The notes under the pieces: generated by a model
Told to the model about the DNA's origin: nothing
Seen by the model: the letters and a program-made list of their open reading frames with translations, nothing else
Databases searched by the model: none
NCBI GenBank assembly: GCA_002269645.1
Contig: NIVC01002430.1
Coordinates: 72,942 to 136,941, forward strand
DNA: 64,000 nucleotides
Reading direction: 5' to 3'
Source: Macrostomum lignano
Lineage: Eukaryota
Shown: positions 10,915 to 23,049 of the stretch, piece after piece
How positions within the stretch are numbered: the first letter of the stretch is position 1
How the letters are laid out: every line of letters begins with the position of its first letter
Translations under genes and position numbers: made by a program

Positions 10915-13900
10915 ATGTCTGCACTGGAACAACAGGCCGCTTTGGTCAACGCTCTTCCTTACGTTGACCGAGGCTTCGACGAGGCCGGCGTCAGAGAGGC
11001 CGCCCTCGCATGGTTGAAGAGGAGATGCGACGCTACCGGCCAACTAAAAACTATTTGGAACACCTGCCGCCATTGAATCTTCATCAGTTTGAGACCGATA
11101 TATTGCGGGCCGAATTTGAACGTTTAAGCAGTCGACAGCCGCCTGAGCACATGAGCATGAAGCGATACGAACTGCCAGCCCCGCCAACTGGCCGCCTGAC
11201 CGATGTGCAGAGCTGGCGAGACTCAGTTGACAACAGTCGAGCCCAGCTGGAGCACCAGAGTGTCCGCATTGAGAATCTGCAACTGCTGCTGGCTCACGGA
11301 TCCGATGCTTGGCGCTGTCACAACGACACTCTGGTGCGCATGGTTGCTGAGACTGAACGGCGTCTGCAGGCGACTCGGAAAGCAGTGAAGGAGGTTAATT
11401 TGCAGCGGAAGACTGAGCAGGTGCGTGCCGCATGCGTAGCATCCAGGACGACTTAAGTAGGAGGACATTCTACTTAAGTCGTCCTTGGTAGCATCTTGTG
11501 TAATTGAATGTAAAATCTAGTGTAATTGAATGTAAAATCTAGTGTAATTGAATGTAAAATCTAGTGTAATTGAATGTACTATCTAGTGTAATTGAATGTA
11601 CTATCTAGTGTAATTGAATGTACTATCTAGTGTAATTGAATGTACTATCTAGTGTAATTGAATGTACTATCTAGTGTAATTGAATGTACTATCTAGTGTA
11701 ATTGAATGTAATATCTAGTGTAATTGAATGTAATATCTAGTGTAATTGAATGTAATATCTAGTGTAATTGAATGTACTATCTAGTGTAATTGAATGTAAT
11801 ATCTAGTGTAATTGAATGTAATATCTAGTGTAATTGAATGTAATATCTAGTGTAATTGAATGTAATATCTAGTGTAATTGAATGTACTATCTAGTGTAAT
11901 TGAATGTAATATCTAGTGTAATTGAATGTAAAATCTAGTGTAATTGAATGTAATATCTAGTGTAATTGAATGTACTATCTAGTGTAATTGAATGTACTAT
12001 CTAGTGTAATTGAATGTAATATCTAGTGTAATTGAATGTAATATCTAGTGTAATTGAATGTAATATCTAGTGTAATTGAATGTAAAATCTAGTGTAATTG
12101 AATGTAATATCTAGTGTAATTGAATGTAAAATCTAGTGTAATTGAATGTAAAATCTAGTGTAATTGAATGTAAAATCTAGTGTAATTGAATGTAAAATCT
12201 AGTGTAATTGAATGTACTATCTAGTGTAATTGAATGTACTATCTAGTGTAATTGAATGTAAAATCTAGTGTAATTGAATGTAAAATCTAGTGTAATTGAA
12301 TGTACTATCTAGTGTAATTGAATGTACTATCTAGTGTAATTGAATGTACTATCTAGTGTAATTGAATGTAATATCTAGTGTAATTGAATGTAATATCTAG
12401 TGTAATTGAATGTAATATCTAGTGTAATTGAATGTAATATCTAGTGTAATTGAATGTAATATCTAGTGTAATTGAATGTAATATCTAGTGTAATTGAATG
12501 TACTATCTAGTGTAATTGAATGTACTATCTAGTGTAATTGAATGTACTATCTAGTGTAATTGAATGTACTATCTAGTGTAATTGAATGTAATATCTAGTG
12601 TAATTGAATGTAATATCTAGTGTAATTGAATGTAATATCTAGTGTAATTGAATGTAATATCTAGTGTAATTGAATGTAATATCTAGTGTAATTGAATGTA
12701 ATATCTAGTGTAATTGAATGTAAAATCTAGTGTAATTGAATGTAAAATCTAGTGTAATTGAATGTAAAATCTAGTGTAATTGAATGTAAAATCTAGTGTA
12801 ATTGAATGTAATATCTAGTGTAATTGAATGTAAAATCTAGTGTAATTGAATGTAATATCTAGTGTAATTGAATGTAAAATCTAGTGTAATTGAATGTAAA
12901 ATCTAGTGTAATTGAATGTAAAATCTAGTGTAATTGAATGTAAAATCTAGTGTAATTGAATGTACTATCTAGTGTAATTGAATGTACTATCTAGTGTAAT
13001 TGAATGTAAAATCTAGTGTAATTGAATGTAAAATCTAGTGTAATTGAATGTAATATCTAGTGTAATTGAATGTACTATCTAGTGTAATTGAATGTACTAT
13101 CTAGTGTAATTGAATGTAATATCTAGTGTAATTGAATGTAATATCTAGTGTAATTGAATGTAATATCTAGTGTAATTGAATGTAATATCTAGTGTAATTG
13201 AATGTAATATCTAGTGTAATTGAATGTAAAATCTAGTGTAATTGAATGTACTATCTAGTGTAATTGAATGTACTATCTAGTGTAATTGAATGTAATATCT
13301 AGTGTAATTGAATGTAATATCTAGTGTAATTGAATGTACTATCTAGTGTAATTGAATGTAATATCTAGTGTAATTGAATGTAATATCTAGTGTAATTGAA
13401 TGTAATATCTAGTGTAATTGAATGTAATATCTAGTGTAATTGAATGTAATATCTAGTGTAATTGAATGTACTATCTAGTGTAATTGAATGTAATATCTAG
13501 TGTAATTGAATGTACTATCTAGTGTAATTGAATGTAATATCTAGTGTAATTGAATGTACTATCTAGTGTAATTGAATGTAATATCTAGTGTAATTGAATG
13601 TAATATCTAGTGTAATTGAATGTAATATCTAGTGTAATTGAATGTACTATCTAGTGTAATTGAATGTAATATCTAGTGTAATTGAATGTAATATCTAGTG
13701 TAATTGAATGTACTATCTAGTGTAATTGAATGTAATATCTAGTGTAATTGAATGTAATATCTAGTGTAATTGAATGTAATATCTAGTGTAATTGAATGTA
13801 CTATCTAGTGTAATTGAATGTAATATCTAGTGTAATTGAATGTAATATCTAGTGTAATTGAATGTAATATCTAGTGTAATTGAATGTAATATCTAGTGTA

Positions 13901-14314
13901 ATTGAATGTAATATCTAGTGTAATTGAGTGTAGCATCTGGTGTGATTAAGTGTAGCACAACAATCCATCTATTTATTGCACCCTAGCTTTCCTTTAATTT
14001 ATCTAATTAATTAATTCAAGGTGCAAGCTGGCGAGCGGTTGCACACCCTCGAAGACACCTGGGTGCACCTGGTGATGAAGAACTACGAATTAGAGCGGGA
14101 AATCGCCGATTTAGAGACGGCCGTATCGAAAGCCGAGGCTGAGCGGCCTTTGCCGCAGACTGAGAAGTCAACCGAACCGGAAGCTGCACAGGTGGAAACT
14201 GCGGAAGCTGCGGAAGCTTCCGACGACAACGACGAACTGCCGCCGACGCCGCCAGCGCGTCAGTCGCCCGTGCCGACACCGCCGCCGGCGTCAGAGGAGC
14301 CTGCCGACGACTGA
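10915..14314 (+). CDS. BCAS2: Pre-mRNA splicing factor SPF27/BCAS2; join(10915..11420,14021..14314) with a 1-nt frameshift near 11009
   Basis: N-terminal ALPYVDRGFDEAGVREAAL, then in the shifted frame MVEEEMRRYRPTKNYL..MSMKRYELPAPP..EHQSVRIENLQLL; exon 2 AGERLHTLEDTWVHLVMKNYELE. Phase-0 GT-AG intron. Confidence 0.9.
11445..11485. other. Perfect 16-bp inverted repeat with 9-nt loop
   Basis: AGGACGACTTAAGTAG (11445-11460) and CTACTTAAGTCGTCCT (11470-11485). Confidence 0.9.
11499..13945 (+). repeat. 22-bp minisatellite TGTAATTGAATGTA(AA/CT/AT)ATCTAG, about 110 copies, BCAS2 intron
   Basis: Visible array with three dinucleotide variants. Confidence 0.97.
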
Positions 14315-14618
14315 CAGTTTTTTACTTGACATGACTTGACTTCGTAAATTGTACATGCAATTCTGTACTATGCTATGCTGTATTAATGTTTATAAAACCT
14401 TACTCTAATACTAATAAACACAAATTAATTGCGTCATCAAAAGCAAACAAAATTCTGTTTTTTTCTGGCTGCTGCATTTAATAATTAATTGGTTTAATTG
14501 TCTCATTTTTGTCGATAATTTTTCAACCACTTATTAGCTGGCGAGGCTTCAATTACTCCGGCCGTTTACCCGAAAAAATCTCTAATTTATGAAAACTCTA
14601 CTATTATTGAATTTGATA

Positions 14619-16973
14619 ATGGCATCGAAAGAGGCAGACGGTTCTGTTCGCTGCTTCTACGATATTCTTCAGGTGGATCGTCAGGCCAGTCAAGCTGAGA
14701 TTCGTACAGCTTATCACCGTCAGGCCCTGCGATGGCATCCGGATAAGCAACGGAATCGAGCCGATGCTGACAGTACTACTGCTGAGGATACTACTGATCA
14801 GTTTCAACAGATTCAACGAGCTTATGAAATACTTGGCGATCCTCGTACCAGAGCTCTGTATGATCAGCATAGAGAGGCCATACTGCGTCAGCGCGACACC
14901 CAGTGGGAGCCTGAGACCGATTCTACTAACCCGTTCAACTACTTCCCACCTGGTTGCTATAGCAACTATGGCGACGGCCCGGGCGGCTTCTTTGACGTCT
15001 ATGGCCGACTGTTTGACAAGTTGGCCGGCGAATTGAATTTGACTTTGCCTGGTGAGTCTTTTATTTGTCCGGGATTTTATAAGTTCCCAGGTCCCAATTT
15101 CTGCGGATTTCCTAATCCCGATTCTAAAAGAGTTCCTGGTCCCGATTCTATAACAGGTCCTAGTCCCGATTCTATAAGAGTTCCTAGTCCCGATTCTATG
15201 ATAGTTCCTAGTCCCGATTCTATAAGAGTTCCTGGTCCCGATTCTATAACAGGTCCTAGTCCCGATTCTATAAGAGTTCCTGGTCCCGATTCTAAAAGAG
15301 TTCCTGGTCCCGATTCTATAAAAGTTCCTGGTTCCGATTCTATAAGAGTTCCTAGTCCCGATTCTATGATAGTTCCTAGTCCCGATTCTATAAGAGTTCC
15401 TAGTCCCGATTCTATGATGGTTCCTAGTCCCGATTCTATAAGAGTTCCTGGTCCCGATTCTATAAAAGTTCTGGTTCCGATTCTATAAGAGTTCCTAGTC
15501 CCGATTCTATGATAGTTCCTAGTCCCGATTCTATAAGAGTTCCTAGTCCCGATTCTATGATGGTTCCTAGTCCCGATTCTATAAGAGTTCCTGGTCCCGA
15601 TTCTATAAGAGTTCCTAGTCCCGATTCTATAAGAGTTCCTAGTACCGATTCTATAAGAGTTCCTGGTCCCGATTCTATAAGAGTTCCTAGTCCCGATTCT
15701 ATGATAGTTCCTGGTTCCGATTCTATAAGAGTTCCTGGTCCCGATTCTATGATGGTTCCTAGTCCCGATTCTATAAGAGTTCCTAGTCCCGATTCTATGA
15801 TAGTTCCTAGTCCCGATTCTTTAAGAGTTCCTGGTCCCGATTCTATGATAGTTCCTGGTTCCGATTCTATAAGAGTTCCTAGTCCCGATTCTTTAAGAGT
15901 TCCTAGTCCCGATTCTATGATGGTTCCTAGTTCCTAGTACCGATTATAAGAGTTCCTGGTCCCGATTCTATGATGGTTCCTAGTCCCGATTCTATGATGG
16001 TTCCTAGTCCCGATTCTATAAGAGTTCCTAGTCCCGATTCTATAAGAGTTCCTGGTCCCGATTCTATAAAAGTTCCTGGTTCCGATTCTTTAAGAGTTCC
16101 TAGTCCCGATTCTTTACGAGTTCCTGGTCCCGATTCTATAAGAGTTCCTGGTCCCGATTCTATAAGAGTTCCTAGTCCCGATTCTATAAGAGTTCCTGGT
16201 CCCGATTCTATAAAAGTTCCTGGTTCCGATTCTTTAAGAGTTCCTAGTCCCGATTCTTTACGAGTTCCTAGTCCCTAAAATCCTTTTAAGTTTTAACAAA
16301 TCTCTAAGTTTTATCCCAAAACATTTGCGATATCCCTGGCCCTAATCCCACAGAATTCGGCAAATCGAACTCCGACTACAAGTCGGTAGTGGCCGAGTTC
16401 TACTCCGCCTGGGAGGCCAGCCTGACTCAGCTGAGCAGTCAGCAGCAGCAGCAGCATCGCCGCTGTGAAGAGCTTCGCGTATTGCTCGCCTTTGTCAAAG
16501 CCTGGGATCCCCGAGTGTTCAACTGGCGAGTGCAGGCGGCCTCCCAACTAATTACCGGCTTAGCGGAGGAGGAGGTTTTACAAGCGTCAGTTAGCCGGTC
16601 GGTTTTGGCCGGTTTGGCCGTCGGAGGCGGCGCTCTGCTAGGCGGCGCGTTGCTGCCTCGCGTCGGCAATTTCGGCCTGGCGCTTGGCGCTGCGTGCGCC
16701 GCCGTAGCCTACGCTGTTGCTAACCGAGGCGGCTTCGTGTCGCTGGCTGACGCCATTCGCTCGATGCCGCCCGAGAAGCGCACTCGTCTAGCCGAGCTCA
16801 CCGTAGACGCTATGCGCGATATGAACGCTATGGATTCGGCCACGTGGGCATCTCTGATAGCAACAGATGCTCAGTTTAGAGCCAGGCTGCTACAGTTGGC
16901 TAGGAGATTTGCTTACGGACAGCAAACGGCTGATGAGGCTAGGGAGGCTGAGCTACCCATTGGTACTCGTTGA
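14619..16973 (+). CDS. DNAJC21-derived J-domain protein fused to a C19orf12/Nazo-like C-terminal domain; join(14619..15051,16354..16973), 350 aa (alternative ATG 14589)
   Basis: J-domain with HPD; FFDVYGRLF..EFGKSNSDY..FYSAWE..LLAFVKAWDPRV parallels DNAJC21; then a Gly-rich hydrophobic segment and GGFVSLADAIRSMPPEKRTRL resembling C19orf12. Phase-1 GT-AG intron joins in frame. Confidence 0.8.
15110..16275 (+). repeat. 24-bp minisatellite CCCGATTCTATAAGAGTTCCTAGT in the intron
   Basis: Visible array; explains the PSPDSIRV ORFs. Confidence 0.96.
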
Positions 16974-17185
16974 TTAGAGATACAACTATTGTGCATTTTT
17001 AATATTCTGGTATATATTCCGAACTACATATAGTTCATTGATTTAGTGCTGATTAAGAATTTTTTATGCCATTGATTTCTCTTACAGACCCGTTAAATTT
17101 TAAATATATTTTCCTTAAAAATATGATTGAAATTTGTGTACTTATATTTTGGCGCTTGTTTTTGCCTGTGATTTGTCTGGTTTAA

Positions 17186-20130
17186 CCTGATGAAGGAAGC
17201 TGTAGGTTAGAGTGAGTAGCCTGATGAAGGAAGCTGAAGGTTAGAGTGGGTAGCCTGATGAAGGAAGCTGAAGGTTAGAGTGGGTAGCCTGATGAAGGAA
17301 GCTGAAGGTTAGAGTCGGTAGCCTGATGAAGGAAGCTGTAGGTTAGAGTGGGTAGCCTGATGAAGGAAGCTGAAGGTTAGAGTGGGTAGCCTGATGAAGG
17401 AAGCTGAAGGTTAGAGTCGGTAGCCTGATGAAGGAAGCTGAAGGTTAGAGTGGGTAGCCTGATGAAGGAAGCTGAAGGTTAGAGTGGGTAGCCTGATGAA
17501 GGAAGCTGAAGGTTAGAGTGGGTAGCCTGATGAAGGAAGCTGAAGGTTAGAGTGGGTAGCCTGATGAAGGAAGCTGAAGGTTAAAGTCGGTACCCTGATG
17601 AAGGAAGCTGAAGGTTAGATTCGGTAGCCTGATGAAGGAAGCTGCAGGTTAGAGTTGGTAGCCTGATGAAGGAAGCTGAAGGTTAGATTCGGTAGCCTGA
17701 TGAAGGAAGCTGCAGAGTCGGTAGCCTGATGAAGGAAGCTGAAGGTTAAAGTCGGTAGCCTGATGAAGGAAGCTGAAGGTTAAAGTCGGTAGCCTGATGA
17801 AGGAAGCTGAAGGTTAGAGTCGGTAGTCTGATGAAGGAAGCTGCAGGTTAGAGTCGGTAGCCTGATGAAGGAAGCTGAAGGTTAGATTCGGTAGCCTGAT
17901 GAAGGAAGCTGAAGGTTAGATTCGGTAGCCTGATGAAGGAAGCTGAAGGTTAGAGTCGGTAGCCTGATGAAGGAAGCTGAAGGTTAGAGTCGGTAGCCTG
18001 ATGAAGGAAGCTGAAGGTTAGAGTCGGTAGCCTGATGAAGGAAGCTGAAGGTTAGAGTGGGTAGCCTGATGAAGGAAGCTGAAGGTTAGAGTGGGTAGCC
18101 TGATGAAGGAAGCTGAAGGTTAGAGTGGGTAGCCTGATGAAGGAAGCTGAAGGTTAGAGTGGGTAGCCTGATGAAGGAAGCTGAAGGTTAGAGTGGGTAG
18201 CCTGATGAAGGAAGCTGAAGGTTAAAGTCGGTACCCTGATGAAGGAAGCTGAAGGTTAGATTCGGTAGCCTGATGAAGGAAGCTGCAGGTTAGAGTTGGT
18301 AGCCTGATGAAGGAAGCTGAAGGTTAGAGTCGGTAACCTGATGAAGGAAGCTGAAGGTTAGAGTCGGTAGCCTGATGAAGGAAGCTGAAGGTTAGAGTGG
18401 GTAGCCTGATGAAGGAAGCTGAAGGTTAGAGTGGGTAGCCTGATGAAGGAAGCTGAAGGTTAGAGTGGGTAGCCTGATGAAGGAAGCTGAAGGTTAGAGT
18501 GGGTAGCCTGATGAAGGAAGCTGAAGGTTAGAGTGGGTAGCCTGATGAAGGAAGCTGAAGGTTAGAGTGGGTAGCCTGATGAAGGAAGCTGAAGGTTAAA
18601 GTCGGTACCCTGATGAAGGAAGCTGAAGGTTAGATTCGGTAGCCTGATGAAGGAAGCTGCAGGTTAGAGTTGGTAGCCTGATGAAGGAAGCTGAAGGTTA
18701 GAGTCGGTACCCTGATGAAGGAAGCTGAAGGTTAGATTCGGTAGCCTGATGAAGGAAGCTGCAGGTTAGAGTCGGTAGCCTGATGAAGGAAGCTGAAGGT
18801 TAGAGTCGGTAACCTGATGAAGGAAGCTGAAGGTTAGAGTCGGTAGCCTGATGAAGGAAGCTGAAGGTTAGATTCGGTAGCCTGATGAAGGAAGCTGCAG
18901 AGTCGGTAGCCTGATGAAGGAAGCTGAAGGTTAAAGTCGGTAGCCTGATGAAGGAAGCTGAAGGTTAAAGTCGGTAGCCTGATGAAGGAAGCTGAAGGTT
19001 AGAGTCGGTAGTCTGATGAAGGAAGCTGCAGGTTAGAGTCGGTAGCCTGATGAAGGAAGCTGAAGGTTAGATTCGGTAGCCTGATGAAGGAAGCTGAAGG
19101 TTAGATTCGGTAGCCTGATGAAGGAAGCTGAAGGTTAGAGTCGGTAGCCTGATGAAGGAAGCTGAAGGTTAGAGTCGGTAGCCTGATGAAGGAAGCTGAA
19201 GGTTAGAGTCGGTAGCCTGATGAAGGAAGCTGAAGGTTAGAGTGGGTAGCCTGATGAAGGAAGCTGAAGGTTAGAGTGGGTAGCCTGATGAAGGAAGCTG
19301 AAGGTTAGAGTGGGTAGCCTGATGAAGGAAGCTGAAGGTTAGAGTGGGTAGCCTGATGAAGGAAGCTGAAGGTTAGAGTGGGTAGCCTGATGAAGGAAGC
19401 TGAAGGTTAAAGTCGGTACCCTGATGAAGGAAGCTGAAGGTTAGATTCGGTAGCCTGATGAAGGAAGCTGCAGGTTAGAGTTGGTAGCCTGATGAAGGAA
19501 GCTGAAGGTTAGAGTCGGTAACCTGATGAAGGAAGCTGAAGGTTAGAGTCGGTAGCCTGATGAAGGAAGCTGAAGGTTAGATTCGGTAGCCTGATGAAGG
19601 AAGCTGCAGAGTCGGTAGCCTGATGAAGGAAGCTGAAGGTTAAAGTCGGTAGCCTGATGAAGGAAGCTGAAGGTTAAAGTCGGTAGCCTGATGAAGGAAG
19701 CTGCAGAGTCGGTAGCCTGATGAAGGAAGCTGAAGGTTAAAGTCGGTAGCCTGATGAAGAAAGCTGAAGGTTAAAGTCGGTAGCCTGATGAAGGAAGCTG
19801 AAGGTTAGAGTCGGTAGCCTGATGAAGGAAGCTGAAGGTTAGAGTCGGTAGCCTGATGAAGGAAGCTGAAGGTTAGATTCGGTAGCCTGATGAAGGAAGC
19901 TGAAGGTTAGATTCGGTAGCCTGATGAAGGAAGCTGAAGGTTAGAGTCGGTAGCCTGATGAAGGAAGCTGCAGGTTAGAGTCGGTAGCCTGATGAAGGAA
20001 GCTGAAGGTTAGAGTCGGTAGCCTGATGAAGGAAGCTGAAGGTTAAAGTCGGTAGCCTGATAAAGGAAGCTGAAGGTTAGATTCGGAAGTCTTAGGAAGG
20101 TTTTAGTTGGTAGCTTGATGAAGGAAGCTG
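17186..20130 (+). repeat. 34-bp minisatellite CCTGATGAAGGAAGCTGAAGGTTAGAGTCGGTAG, about 85 copies
   Basis: Visible array between the two DnaJ genes, with recurring ordered variant blocks. Confidence 0.97.
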
Positions 20131-20186
20131 AATTATGGATTATCTTCATATCTCAACGCACTGTTCTTGATGCGGCAGCGGCCTCG

Positions 20187-23049
20187 ATGACCTCAGTCGA
20201 ACAGCAGCACCAGAGAGCCGGCGGAGTCCGCTGCTACTACGAACTGCTGGAGGTGGAGCGCCAGGCCACCGACGATGAGCTGAAGAAGGCCTACAGGCGG
20301 CTGGCGCTTCGCTGGCATCCGGACAAGAACCCGGACAGGGTGGAGGAGGCCACCGCCCACTTCCGGCTGGTGCAGAAGGCCTACGAGACGCTGTCCGATC
20401 CGCAGGAGCGGGCCTGGTACGACAAGCACCGCGAGCGGATCTTGAAAGGCGGCCTTGGCCGCGGCGACGCCTATCAGGAGGAGCGTCTGGACGTCTTCCA
20501 GTTCTTCACCTCCGCCTGCTACGACGACTACGACGACGGCGAGGAAGGCTACTTCACTGTGTACGCCCGGGTGTTCAGCGATCTGGCCGAGGAGGAGCGG
20601 CGGGCCTGCGACGGAGACGACGAACCGCCGCCTGACTTTCCAGGTTGGTGGCTGTTGATGGCTAACCAGGTGTCACCGTTGACCTTCCAGATCCTCAGCT
20701 GCTGGGCCAGCCTCCCAGATCCTCAGTTGCTGGGCCAGCCTCCCAGATCCTCAGCTGCTGGGCCAGCCTCCCAGATCCTCAGCTGCTGGGCCAGCCTCCC
20801 AGATCCCGAGTTGCTGGGCCAGCCTCCCAGATCCCGAGTTGCTGGCCAGCCTCCCAGATCCTCAGTTGCTGGGCCAGCCTCCCAGATCTTTAGTTGCTGG
20901 GCCAGCCTCCCAGATCCTCAGCTGCTGGGCCAGCCTCCCAGATCCCCAGTTGCTGGGCCAGCCTCCCAGATCCTCAGTTGCTGGGCCAGCCTCCCAGATC
21001 CTCAGCTGCTGGGCCAGCCTCCCAGATCCCCAGTTGCTGGGCCAGCCTCCCAGATCCTCAGTTGCTGGGCCAGCCTCCCAGATCCTCAGTTGCTGGGCCA
21101 GCCTCCCAGATCCTCAGCTGCTGGGCCAGCCTCCCAGATCCTCAGCTGCTGGGCCAGCCTCCCAGATCCTCAGCTGCTGGGCCAGCCTCCCAGATCCTCA
21201 GCTGCTGGGCCAGCCTCCCAGATCCCCAGTTGCCGCACCCCCAAGTCCATGCAGCATGGGATTAGCTAGGATCCATAAGCACTATTATCGCATTCAACTC
21301 CCCTGTCATTCCGCACAGAGTTTGGCCGCTCCGACTCCCCATACGACACGGTGGTCAGGCCGTTCTACGCGCACTGGGAGACCTTCTTCACGCGCAAGTC
21401 CTACGTGTGGGTGGAGAAATACGACACCAGGGAGGCGCCAAACAAGTACGCCAGGAAGGCCATGGAGAAGGAGAATCGCGCAGCCAGAGACGCCGCCCGT
21501 CGAGAGCGCAACGAAGAGATTCGAACTCTGGTTGCTTTCGTTAAAAAGCGCGATCCTCGGGTGCGCGCCGAACGGCGCCGATTAGAGGCGCGCGCGCGCG
21601 AAGTCGAAGCCAAAGCGAAAGCGATGGCCTCGGCGGCTAGGAAGGCCCACCTGGAGACCGCCAGCCGGTACAGGGCGCCCGACTGGGCCAGGACTGACGA
21701 CCTCGAGGCCGAGCTGGCCAAGATCGAAGCCGAGCACGGGGCCGGCGCCTCCGATCTAGACGATGACGGAGACTGGGAGGATCAGGAAGATGGCGGCGAA
21801 GAAGGCGCTGGGGTGATCAATGGAGCTGTAGGTGCTGCCGAGTGTGATGAAGCTGAGGAAGCGGATGAGGATGATGCTGAGGATGCGCTGGTGTGCGTTG
21901 TTTGCGAGAAGGTGAGCTCAAAGTCTGAAGTTTTCCTTATGGCTAATGACTTTCTCGATCAGCTCTGACTCTTTCTCGATCAGCTCTGGCTCTTTTTCGA
22001 TCAGCTCTGACTCTTTCTCAATCAGCTCTGACTCTTTCTTGATCAGCTCTGACTCTTTCTTGATCAGCTCTGACTCTTTTTCGATCAGCTCTGACTCTTT
22101 CTTGATCAGCTCTGACTCTTTCTCAATCAGCTCTGACTCTTTCTCAATCAGCTCTGACTCTTTCTCGATCAGCTCTGACTCTTTCTTGATAAGCTCTGAC
22201 TCTTTCTCGATCAGCTCTGACTCTTTCTTGATCAGCTCTGACTCTTTCTCGATCAGCTCTGACTCTTTCTCGATCAGCTCTGACTCTTTCTTGATCAGCT
22301 CTGACTCTTCCTCGATTGTTTCTGACTCTATCAATCGACTCTGTCTGACCCTGACAGTCCCACTTTCTCTGACTCTCTGATGACGCAACGCCGCCCTCTG
22401 CATCGCTGCATCCAGCCACCCCTCCTCACCATCGCAGGCATTCCGCACCCCAGGCGCCAAGCAGAGCCACGATCGATCCAAGCGGCACAGAGAGCGACTC
22501 GAGCTGCTCAAACTTGAGTTAGCAAAGCACGATGCCCAGCCAGTAGAAAAAGATCCAGCAGCAGCAGACAATGACTCTTTAGACAATGATGAAGACGTAC
22601 AGCTGGAAGCGGAAGTCCAGCAGGTCTCTGGCGGCAAGAAAAAGAAGAGCAAAAGAAAGCAACAGCAGCGCCAGCAGCTACAGGCTCAGCTAGGAGAAAA
22701 TGAGGAACCATCAGATAATCCAAATGCAAATTCTGCGGCAGCAAAACCAGCGGAAGATGCTGCGGAAGCTTCCGATGATGAAGCGGCGGCAGCAGCAACG
22801 CCGGAAACTTCAAAGAAGCCGCGCCGACGGAAGGATCGCCAACGGCAGAAGCAGCAGGAGCTGCTTGAACAGAAACGTCAGGAACAGTTGGAAGAGGAGG
22901 CTGACGGGACCACCCAAGTGTGCAAAACCTGCAGGCAGTGGTTCGATTCTAAGAATCAGCTGTTCAAGCATTTGAAGGAGAGCGGCCACGCCGCTATCAA
23001 GCCTGGGGCGGCGGCCGGACGGACTGACAAGAAATCGAAGCGAAAGTAG
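20187..23049 (+). CDS. DNAJC21: DnaJ homolog subfamily C member 21 (Jjj1/Zuo-related); join(20187..20643,21319..21911,22438..23049), 553 aa
   Basis: J-domain (RWHPDKNP), EFGRSDSPY..FYAHW..KSYVW, coiled coil, C2H2 finger across the exon 2/3 junction (CVVCEK|AFRT..HDRSKRH), second finger CKTCRQWFDSKNQLFKHLKESGH. Confidence 0.93.
20680..21235 (+). repeat. 28-bp minisatellite GGGCCAGCCTCCCAGATCCTCAGTTGCT in DNAJC21 intron 1
   Basis: Visible; same unit recurs at 55.8 kb and 57.6-58.0 kb. Confidence 0.95.
21948..22315 (+). repeat. 21-bp minisatellite TTCTCGATCAGCTCTGACTCT in DNAJC21 intron 2
   Basis: Visible array. Confidence 0.95.

Noticed and set aside
17186-20130. Hammerhead ribozyme (CTGATGA in every 34-bp unit)
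   Set aside because: No GAAA core strand or stems II/III in the unit.
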